DNA of 62,950 bases, counting the filler. It is 3 parts of 3 records of this genome, joined end to end, with 100 filler letters (N's around TTAATTAATTAA, not from the genome) between each part and the next. Parts side by side here need not be neighbours in the genome. Positions count along the whole stretch, not along the records: positions 41,524 to 62,950 come from SRR22947725_1020; 2 more parts are not named here. One strand, written 5' to 3'. The position numbers and the translations under genes were made by a program. Below, piece after piece: positions 41,524 through 49,440 of this stretch. The notes under the pieces were generated by a model. That model ran no database searches. It saw only the letters and a program-made list of their open reading frames with translations, and was not told where the DNA came from. Position 1 is the stretch's first letter; each line of letters starts with the position of its first letter.

Positions 41524-42093
41524 TTTTACAATATATATAAATTGATTTGCTAAGGGTGGAAGAATGCGGCGAATAGCTTGTGGTAAAATTACATAACGCA
41601 TCGTTTGAATATAATTGAGACCAATTGAATGGGCTGCTTCTTTTTGACCTTTTGCAATTGATTGAATGCCTGCGCGATAAATTTCAGCTGTAAATGCACT
41701 GTCAGAAATTGCTAAAGTAATTACTGCCCCCCAAAAGGGATCAATAGGTATATTTATTCCCATAGATCTAAATATTATTGGAAGGCCATAGAAAACCCAA
41801 AATAACATTGGCAATAATGGAATAGATCTAATTAATTCAACATAAATCCTATTTACTATTCGCCATCCTTTTTTTGAAGATTGTCCTGGCAAAGCAATTA
41901 TAAGACCGAGGTTAATTGATATAAAGGCAGCTACAATAGAGATAAGAATAGTATTCCCAATCCCTGAGACTAAAAATTTTATATTAATCCATCCTGATGG
42001 CGTAGTTGGATTTATAACATACCAACCCCATATGTCTGAAGAACATCCAGCTAATGCTAGGCAAGTAAAACATAAAATAAGAATTTTTTTCAT
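41524..42093 (-). CDS. Polar amino acid (HisM/GlnP-type) ABC permease, 3' truncated, with an N-terminal lipobox
   Basis: YVELIRSIP, AFTAEIYRAGIQSI..GQ.EAA.SIG (EAA loop), ILPQAIRRILPP.ANQF. Confidence 0.9.
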
Positions 42094-42100
42094 TTTGAAC

Positions 42101-42844
42101 TTAATGTTTTAAAATTTGATTTAAAAAAGTTTTACAACGCTCTGTCTTAGGAGATCTAAAGAATTCTTCAGTAGTATTTTGTTCTACAATTTTTCCTTTA
42201 TCCATAAAAAGAACTTTATCTGCTACTTTCCGTGCAAAGCCCATTTCATGGGTCACGACAATCATAGTCATTCCGTCGTTTGCAAGCTCAACCATTACAT
42301 CAAGTACTTCAGATATCATTTCTGGATCTAAAGAAGATGTTGGTTCATCAAATAACATAACCTTAGGTTCCATGCAGAGAGATCTTGCTATTGCGACACG
42401 TTGTTGTTGTCCACCTGAAAGCTGAGCAGGCATTTTATTTGCTTGGTCTGGAATATCAACTCTTTCTAAATAATGCATTGCTATTTTGACAGCTTCATCA
42501 CGATTTTTATGCCGTGTTTTCATGGGCCCTAATATTAAATTCTCCAATACATTTATATGGGGAAAAAGATTAAATTGTTGAAATACCATTCCTATATTTC
42601 CTTGGATAGAATTAGCCGATTTTTCACTATTAGTTAATTCTTTTCCGTATAAAGATATAAAACCGCTTTGGTGTTTCTCAAGTTTATTAATGCAACGAAC
42701 CACAGTAGACTTCCCTGAACCAGATGGTCCACAAATTACTACTTTCTCCCCGGTTTCTACTTTTAAATTAATATCTTTAAGTACATGAAATTTATCAAAC
42801 CATTTGTTCACATTAATTAATTCTATTGCAGTAGTTTGCATCAT
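42101..42844 (-). CDS. Polar amino acid ABC transporter ATP-binding protein (GlnQ-like)
   Basis: [37 protein letters not shown]. Confidence 0.95.
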   Translation of the reverse strand: MMQTTAIELINVNKWFDKFHVLKDINLKVETGEKVVICGPSGSGKSTVVRCINKLEKHQSGFISLYGKELTNSEKSANSIQGNIGMVFQQFNLFPHINVLENLILGPMKTRHKNRDEAVKIAMHYLERVDIPDQANKMPAQLSGGQQQRVAIARSLCMEPKVMLFDEPTSSLDPEMISEVLDVMVELANDGMTMIVVTHEMGFARKVADKVLFMDKGKIVEQNTTEEFFRSPKTERCKTFLNQILKH

Positions 42845-42941
42845 TTACCTGTAGATTATATTTTACTTATATGGATATAGAGCTACTTTAAATTAATCCA
42901 ATGCTTCAACAAGCATATAAACGAATATTCAGGAGAATAAG

Positions 42942-43712
42942 ATGAATAAATATTTTAAAGCAGCAGCAATAGCTATTCTTGGAATGACATTGACTGGCGC
43001 AGCAAATGCGCAATCTGCCTTAAATGAAATACTTAGTTCTGGCGTCTTAAAAGTTGGGACGACTGGTGATTGGAATCCTATGACAGTTCGTGATCCAGCA
43101 ACGAACAGTTACAAAGGTTTTGATATTGATATTATGGAAGAGCTGGCCAAAGATTTAGGTGTCGAAGTCGAATTCGTACCAACAGATTGGAAAACACTAG
43201 TCAATGGTGTTGTTGCAGGGCAGTATCATATTACTGGTTCAGCTTCAATTTCACCAGCAAGGATGAAAGCAGCAGGATTTTCTGAAAGCTATATCTCTGT
43301 TGAAATAGTACCATTTACTGCGAAAGAAAATGCAGGAAAATTTGATGGGCATGAAGCAATTAACCAAACAGGAGTAAAAGTAGCCACAACACTTGGTACT
43401 ACATTTGAGAAACTTGTAAGAACGTGGTATCCTAACGCTGATATTAAAGTTGTTGAAGCGCCGGCGCGTGGATATCAAGAAGTGCTAGCTGGTAGAGCTG
43501 ATGTGTTTATCACATCAAATATTGAAGGCTCAACACTTGAAGAGAAATTTGGAGTAGCCCGCGTAAGTAACGCTGAAGCTCGCTCTCCAACACCAATAGC
43601 AATGCTTTTGCCACAAACAGATCAAGTCTGGATCAATTATGTTAATAATTGGGTAAAAGTTAAAGAAGCAAAAGGTTTTTTTGAAGCAAACAAAGCTAAA
43701 TGGGGTCTATAA
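42942..43712 (+). CDS. Family 3 solute-binding protein of the SAR11_1068/cyclohexadienyl dehydratase-related clade
   Basis: Sec signal ending ANA; GTTGDWNP, ATTLGT, PARGYQEVLAGRAD, DQVW..YVN.W; AGGAGA RBS. Confidence 0.82.
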   Translation: MNKYFKAAAIAILGMTLTGAANAQSALNEILSSGVLKVGTTGDWNPMTVRDPATNSYKGFDIDIMEELAKDLGVEVEFVPTDWKTLVNGVVAGQYHITGSASISPARMKAAGFSESYISVEIVPFTAKENAGKFDGHEAINQTGVKVATTLGTTFEKLVRTWYPNADIKVVEAPARGYQEVLAGRADVFITSNIEGSTLEEKFGVARVSNAEARSPTPIAMLLPQTDQVWINYVNNWVKVKEAKGFFEANKAKWGL

Positions 43713-43719
43713 AATTATT

Positions 43720-43755
43720 AATCTGGCAGAATATTTATGTTCTGCCAGATTTTTA
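43720..43755. terminator. Intrinsic terminator, probably bidirectional, between convergent SBP and stcD genes
   Basis: AATCTGGCAGAA (43720-43731) / TTCTGCCAGATT (43740-43751) inverted repeat with a T run on the right and A-rich sequence on the left. Confidence 0.8.
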
Positions 43756-45798
43756 TAAGTCTTTTACCAACCTTAACGCATCATAAATTGCTGCGTGAGT
43801 GTTGCGTGAAGATACAGCGTCTCCAATTCTAAATAATTGGAATTTACCACTATTATTTTTTGTTATTTTTTGCACATCGCCATTAATTAATGCATCATAA
43901 TCGACAGCACCATAATTCTTACTCTTAGGTTTCAATTCAAAATACAGATCATCCAATGGCATTGTTCCATAATTAACTATTATTTGATCATATTTTTTTT
44001 CTTCTACATATTCACTATAATCAGTACCAATTTTAGCTGTTAGTTTGTTACCTGTAAGCATTACATCTAACAGCCGGTGGGTAACTGTAAAAGTTACATC
44101 TTTCTTTTGAAGTGATCGCATATATGGAGTGAGGTTCATTGCCATAATTTCGGGGGAAAAAGTTCGGTCTGGTGTCATAACTTCAACTTTTGAACCTGAA
44201 TTTGCAGCAATTTCTGCCGCTTGGAGTGCTGGGTGATCGCCACTTTCATCGTAAATTAGTATATTCTCTGCGGGCTTTATATCACCTGAAATTATATCCC
44301 ATGTACTTATAACATAATTTGCGTCTTTCTTACTTTCAAACAGTTCTAAATTTGGCAATCCACCTGTTGCTATAATAACAATGTCTGGGTTTAAAGAAAT
44401 AATGTCGTCAGCCTCTGCCCAATTATTGAATTTAAATTCAACACTTCGGGCTGCACACTGTGCCATGCGCCAGTCAATGATTGATATCATTTCTCGTCTG
44501 CGTGGACTTTTTGCAGTTAGGCGAATTTGCCCACCTGGATCTGATTGGGCTTCGAAAACAACAACTTCATGACCACGTTCTGCTGCGACTCGCGCTGATT
44601 CTAAACCTGCTGGGCCTGCTCCAACAATTACAATTTTTTTTAATTCTATAGCGGGAGTAATCTCATGTGGCATTGTAAGCTCACGGCCAGTCGCAGGATT
44701 ATGAATACATAATGCGTCTCCAGCTTGATATATACGATCTAAACAATAAGTTGCACCAACACACGGCCTGATATCACCTTCACGGCCTTCAATAATTTTT
44801 TTCACAATATGAGGGTCGGCCATATGTGCTCGTGTCATTCCAACCATATCAAGTAAGTTATTTTCAATAGCATGGCGTGCAGTCGAAACATCTGGAATTC
44901 GTGAAGCGTGGAAAGTTGGCATACCTGTTAATTTCTTAACTTCACCAGCAAAATCTAAATGTGGAGCGCTAGGCATTCCTTGAACTGGTATTACATCAGT
45001 AAGGTCTGCATCTGTGTGAATTCGGCCACGTATAATATTTAAAAAATCTAATTGACCAGTTTCAGATAGTCTCTTTGAAATATCCAAACCATCTTTTGCT
45101 GTTAGTCCACCCTTTTTTGCTTCATCAGCCGTATATCTAAATCCTATAATAAACTCTTTACCAACACGATTTCTAACAGCATTTAAAACATCCAAAGGAA
45201 ATTGCATCCGGTTTTCTAATGTATCAGCTCCATAAGGACCAGCAAGATCGTTAGTCAGTGGTGACCAAAATTGATCTAACAAATGGCCATAAACTTGTAA
45301 TTCTATACCATCCATTCCGCCTGCTTTCATCCTCTCAGCAGCATCTGCAAAGTCATTAATGATACGATCAATATCCCAATCTTCAATTAGCTTTGGAAAT
45401 GCTCTGTGTGCAGGTTCCCGATGCTTTGATGATGAGACTACTGGTAGCCAATCATGTTTATTCCAGCTTGTCCGTCGTCCTAAATGTGTTAATTGGATCA
45501 TGACTGCACAACCATGTTGATGGCATCCATCTGTTAAATTTTGGATCCAGGGGACGACTTCGTCTTTATATGCCAACACATTGTTAAAAACTGGTGGACT
45601 ATCTTTGGAAACTGCTGCAGAGCCTGCGGTCATTGCTAACGCAACTCCAGCTTTTGCACGCTCTTCATGATAAGCTCTATAGCGTTCCTTTGGCATACCA
45701 TCTTCCGGGTATGCCGGTTCATGACTTGTTGTCATGATACGATTCTTTAATATTAAGTTTTTAAGCTTAAAAGGCTGGAGTAATGGATCTTTTGACAT
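43753..45798 (-). CDS. stcD: NADH:flavin oxidoreductase, N-methylproline demethylase StcD/HpbA type
   Basis: DPLLQP..LK.L.L.NRI..T.HEPAYPEDGMPKERYRAY, QLTHLGRRT, RPCVGATYCLDRIY (Fe-S), GAGPAG, RIGDAV..RNTHAAIYDALRL; closely follows the recalled S. meliloti StcD sequence. Confidence 0.82.
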   Translation of the reverse strand: MSKDPLLQPFKLKNLILKNRIMTTSHEPAYPEDGMPKERYRAYHEERAKAGVALAMTAGSAAVSKDSPPVFNNVLAYKDEVVPWIQNLTDGCHQHGCAVMIQLTHLGRRTSWNKHDWLPVVSSSKHREPAHRAFPKLIEDWDIDRIINDFADAAERMKAGGMDGIELQVYGHLLDQFWSPLTNDLAGPYGADTLENRMQFPLDVLNAVRNRVGKEFIIGFRYTADEAKKGGLTAKDGLDISKRLSETGQLDFLNIIRGRIHTDADLTDVIPVQGMPSAPHLDFAGEVKKLTGMPTFHASRIPDVSTARHAIENNLLDMVGMTRAHMADPHIVKKIIEGREGDIRPCVGATYCLDRIYQAGDALCIHNPATGRELTMPHEITPAIELKKIVIVGAGPAGLESARVAAERGHEVVVFEAQSDPGGQIRLTAKSPRRREMISIIDWRMAQCAARSVEFKFNNWAEADDIISLNPDIVIIATGGLPNLELFESKKDANYVISTWDIISGDIKPAENILIYDESGDHPALQAAEIAANSGSKVEVMTPDRTFSPEIMAMNLTPYMRSLQKKDVTFTVTHRLLDVMLTGNKLTAKIGTDYSEYVEEKKYDQIIVNYGTMPLDDLYFELKPKSKNYGAVDYDALINGDVQKITKNNSGKFQLFRIGDAVSSRNTHAAIYDALRLVKDL

Positions 45799-45955
45799 TT
45801 AAAACCTCTTTAAAAAATTGAGATTAATTATTAAAAGTGTAATCAAACTTTTAAATATGTCTATTGTTAATGTTAAAACTAAATATGCTAAGATATGAAT
45901 TTTTATATAAAATATAATAAACATTTGTCTTGATGAAATATAAATTTAGAAGAAA

Positions 45956-47089
45956 TTATCTGTTAGATTGAACCTGAGCCCATAAATCTCCAATCTCACA
46001 AAGTATTCCTCTTTGAGGGCCTTCTTCACTTTCTACCATAACTTCAGCACCAACATAAGCATTTGATGCCTTAATCATAGCAAATCCTATATTGCCGCCA
46101 TAATCAGGTGAAAAAACAGCAGAAGTAATTATTCCTACATTTTTACCTTCTATTGATACTTTTTTCGGCATTGTTAGTGGTGGCATTTTTGAACCATCAA
46201 TCTCAATACCCATTAAACGTTTTTTTATCCCAACTTTACGCTGTTTTTGCAACGCCGCTTTACCAATAAAATCAACTTCTGAGTCTAAAGAGACATATTT
46301 TTCTAAACCAATTTCTAATGGTGTGTCCTCTCTATTCATATCATTTCCGTATGAAAGAAGGCCAGCTTCAACTCTTTCAATTAAGTTTGGGCAACCGGCT
46401 CGGATGTTATATTTTTTACCTTTTGCCCATATTGCATCCCATAATTCTTCACCAAGGTTCGTATCGTCTAAATAAATTTCAAATCCACCCTGTTTTGACC
46501 ATCCGGACCGGGCAATATTCAACATATGACCTCTGAATGAAAATGCTTTAAAATGAAAGAACTTTACTTCTCGTATTTCTTCGCCAAAAACATCCGCCAT
46601 TAAATCATCTGCAAATGGTCCTTGAATTGCCAGTGGCGAAACATCAGGTTCACATATATCTACGTTTAAACCTAATCCTATAGCTATTCCTTGCACCCAT
46701 AATAGTAGGTCACTATCAGATATAGAAAACCAATATTTATTTTCTGCTAATCTTAATGCAATAGGATCATTGATAATGGCCCCATTTTGGTCGCAAATTG
46801 GAGCATAATAACAACGTCCAACTTTAGCATTAGTTAAATCTCTTGCGGATATCATACAAGCTAACTTATGAGCATCTGGTCCTAGCAACTGAACTTGACG
46901 CTCAACAGATACATCCCAAATTTGGACGTATTCTTTTAAATGTTTATAGTCCTCTTGTAAACTTTCAAAGACTGTTGCCAGTAACATGTGGTTGTAAACT
47001 GTATACCCAGTGACGCCTAATGCTGACACGCGTGAAGTGAAAGGCGTTGCTCGCAAACGTCGCGAAGGAAAAAGCAATGAACCAGACAT
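45956..47089 (-). CDS. dmdA: Dimethylsulfoniopropionate demethylase (GcvT family)
   Basis: FPSRR.R.TPF, YTVYNHMLL, WDV..ERQV, EPDVSPLA.QGP, ARSGWSKQGGFEIY, AGCPN.IERVE.GLLSYGNDM, matching recalled Roseobacter/SAR11 DmdA rather than GcvT. Confidence 0.88.
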   Translation of the reverse strand: MSGSLLFPSRRLRATPFTSRVSALGVTGYTVYNHMLLATVFESLQEDYKHLKEYVQIWDVSVERQVQLLGPDAHKLACMISARDLTNAKVGRCYYAPICDQNGAIINDPIALRLAENKYWFSISDSDLLLWVQGIAIGLGLNVDICEPDVSPLAIQGPFADDLMADVFGEEIREVKFFHFKAFSFRGHMLNIARSGWSKQGGFEIYLDDTNLGEELWDAIWAKGKKYNIRAGCPNLIERVEAGLLSYGNDMNREDTPLEIGLEKYVSLDSEVDFIGKAALQKQRKVGIKKRLMGIEIDGSKMPPLTMPKKVSIEGKNVGIITSAVFSPDYGGNIGFAMIKASNAYVGAEVMVESEEGPQRGILCEIGDLWAQVQSNR

Positions 47090-47160
47090 TAATGAACCTC
47101 ACAAAATGCATTTGAATATATTTTTGTTTTAATATGTATAAATCAAACCAGTATTTCTTT

Positions 47161-47190
47161 TTGCGACTTTTTTAGGGTCGCCTTCGACTT
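47161..47190 (-). promoter_or_regulatory. Candidate AraC/GlxA (GATR)-type operator upstream of dmdA
   Basis: Minus strand AAGTCG-N15-AAGTCG direct repeat with 21-bp period (plus-strand CGACTT at 47164 and 47185), plus an overlapping GCGAC/GTCGC inverted repeat, in otherwise AT-rich DNA. Confidence 0.4.
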
Positions 47191-47340
47191 AACAATGGCC
47201 TGTATTATTTCCATTTATCCAATTAAAAGCTTCGATCAATTGTAACGTTAGGTCACTTTATAAACAAAAATGCTAGGTCTCTTGACATAATGTGCTTATA
47301 GTCGGAATTCGTATGATAAATGAGTTAATAGGAGTATACT

Positions 47341-48636
47341 ATGACAGGTGATTATAAATTTGATACCCTCAGTTTGCATGCTGGTTTTACCCCAGATGAT
47401 CGCCATGGATCTGCTGCAGTTCCAATTCATCAAACAACCTCATATGTTTTTAAAAATACAGAACACGCTGCAGCACTATATAATCTAGAAATAGGTGGTC
47501 ATTTATATTCGCGCATATCAAATCCTACAGTTGCGGTACTTGAACAACGTGTTGCAGCCTTAGATGAAGGTATAGGTGCTGTTGCAACATCATCTGGTAT
47601 GTCGGCGTTATTTGTAACTGTACTGGCACTATGTTCTGCCGGTGACCATATAGTATCATCATCTCAAATGTATGGTGCTAATATAAACTTATTTCAGCAC
47701 ACGTTATCAAGATATGGAATTACGACAACATTTGTTGCTCCAAATAAGCCTGAAGCTTTTGCCGAGGCTATTCAAGAAAACACAAAAATGGTTTTTGGAG
47801 AAGTAATAGGCAATCCAGGTCTTGATATCATGGATATTACGCGTGTTGGTAAAATTGCTAATGATGCGGGTGTGCCGTTGGTTATTGATGCAACATTTAA
47901 TACGCCATATTTACTAAAACCATTAAAAAACGGAGCTAATATTGTTATACATTCTCTAACTAAGTGGATGGGTGGCCATGGTGTAGCGCTAGGAGGAATA
48001 GTTGTTGATGGTGGTAATTTTGATTGGGGTCAGAATGACCGATTTCCAACTTTAACTGAATCACATTTTGGCTTCCAAGGAGTAAATTTGTATGAAGAGT
48101 TTGGACCAGCTGCTTTCATTAATCGTGTACGAACTGAAGGTATGTATAATGTAGGACCATGCTTGTCTCCAACAAACGCTTTCCACTTAATTCAAGGGAT
48201 AGAAACTCTAGGGTTACGTATGGATCGTCACATGAAAAATACTGAAAAAATGTTAAATTTTTTATCTGAACATGAAGCTATTTCTTGGGTAAAACATCCA
48301 ACTTTGCCTAACCATCCTGATTATGAAGTTGCCAAGCGTCTTATGCCAAAAGGTTCTGGTTCTGTTATTGCATGTGGCTTAAAAGGTGGGCGACAAGCAG
48401 GCCAAACTTTTATTGAAAGCGTTCAAGTTGCATCCCATTTAGCGAATGTAGGTGATGCAAAAACTTTAGTTATTCATCCAGGTTCTACTACTCAAAGTCA
48501 TTTGAGCCCCGAGGCAATGAAGGCAGCTGGATTAACTGATGATATGTTAAGAATTTCTGTTGGATTAGAAGATTTTGATGATTTGAAATCAGACTTTGAA
48601 CAGGCATTAAGTCGCGCGTCTAAAGCCAGGGGTTAA
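47341..48636 (+). CDS. metY: O-acetylhomoserine aminocarboxypropyltransferase (sulfhydrylase)
   Basis: FDTLSLHAG, PIHQTTSYVF, YSRISNPT, SSGMSA, HSLTKWMGGHG (PLP Lys), HLANVGDAKTLVIHP, RISVGLE; AGGAG RBS. Confidence 0.88.
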   Translation: MTGDYKFDTLSLHAGFTPDDRHGSAAVPIHQTTSYVFKNTEHAAALYNLEIGGHLYSRISNPTVAVLEQRVAALDEGIGAVATSSGMSALFVTVLALCSAGDHIVSSSQMYGANINLFQHTLSRYGITTTFVAPNKPEAFAEAIQENTKMVFGEVIGNPGLDIMDITRVGKIANDAGVPLVIDATFNTPYLLKPLKNGANIVIHSLTKWMGGHGVALGGIVVDGGNFDWGQNDRFPTLTESHFGFQGVNLYEEFGPAAFINRVRTEGMYNVGPCLSPTNAFHLIQGIETLGLRMDRHMKNTEKMLNFLSEHEAISWVKHPTLPNHPDYEVAKRLMPKGSGSVIACGLKGGRQAGQTFIESVQVASHLANVGDAKTLVIHPGSTTQSHLSPEAMKAAGLTDDMLRISVGLEDFDDLKSDFEQALSRASKARG

Positions 48637-48639
48637 TTC

Positions 48640-49437
48640 ATGAAAATTAATTTAAACAATGAAATAATTTTTGCTTCAACGGGTGGTAGGGTTTTTGAAC
48701 CAAAAATGGATCCTTTATGGTTCATACATGGTTCAGGACAAAGCCACCTTTCTTTTATTCTTCAAGGACGGTTTTTTGCAAACCGTGGTTGGCCTGTTAT
48801 TGCAGCAGATATGCCATCTCATGGTTTGTCAAATGGAATAGCTTTAATGTCTATTGAAGCTATGTCTGATTGGCAAATAGCTTTGATGGATCAATTAGAT
48901 GTAGAGAAAGTTCAAATCGTTGGACATTCTCAAGGTGGTCTAATTGGTTTGGATATGGCGCATCGTTATCCTAATCGTGTTTCACAATTATCATTGGTTG
49001 CGACTGCTTTATCAATTCCTGTTAATGCTGGATTAATTGAAATGGCAAAAAATAAAGAGCAGTCTGCAATTGATGCTATGATTGATTGGGGCCATGGCCC
49101 TGAAGGGCACAATCACGATAACACTATGCCAGGCCAAAACCATCTAAATTTTGGAGTGCAGCTAATGGCTGCGAATAAAGTAGGAGCTTTATATGCTGAT
49201 CTTAAGGCTTGTGTTGATTATACTAATGGTAATCTTGCAGCAAATGAAATTAAATTACCTGTGCAACTTATTCTTGCCCAAAAAGATAAGATGACACCTA
49301 TGAAATCTGGGCTCAAGGCAGCTGAAGCGTTAAGGACAGATAACATTACCATAGTTGAAAATGCTGGCCATATGTTGCCCTCAGAGCACCCTGAAGATGT
49401 TAACCGGGCATTGCGCTCATTTTTTATTAAGAGTTGA
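48640..49437 (+). CDS. Alpha/beta fold hydrolase
   Basis: IHGSG oxyanion loop, GHSQGG nucleophile elbow, D in KDKMTP, H in AGHM; 3 nt after metY. Confidence 0.9.
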   Translation: MKINLNNEIIFASTGGRVFEPKMDPLWFIHGSGQSHLSFILQGRFFANRGWPVIAADMPSHGLSNGIALMSIEAMSDWQIALMDQLDVEKVQIVGHSQGGLIGLDMAHRYPNRVSQLSLVATALSIPVNAGLIEMAKNKEQSAIDAMIDWGHGPEGHNHDNTMPGQNHLNFGVQLMAANKVGALYADLKACVDYTNGNLAANEIKLPVQLILAQKDKMTPMKSGLKAAEALRTDNITIVENAGHMLPSEHPEDVNRALRSFFIKS

Positions 49438-49440
49438 AAT

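Noticed and set aside
42942-43712. Calling the binding protein a cyclohexadienyl dehydratase (pheC)
   Set aside because: It has TLGTTFE where PheC, as I recall, has NPGGTNE, and it is accompanied by a permease and ATPase, which favours a transport role.
45956-47089. Calling this gene glycine cleavage T protein (gcvT)
   Set aside because: No gcvH or gcvP is adjacent, and the motifs (YTVYNHMLL, SGWSKQGGFE, CPN.IER) are DmdA-type.
47108-47116. GCATTTGAA, resembling the 5' motif of SAM-V riboswitches
   Set aside because: It lies about 230 nt from the metY start, overlaps the dmdA leader on the other strand, and has no P1 partner strand.
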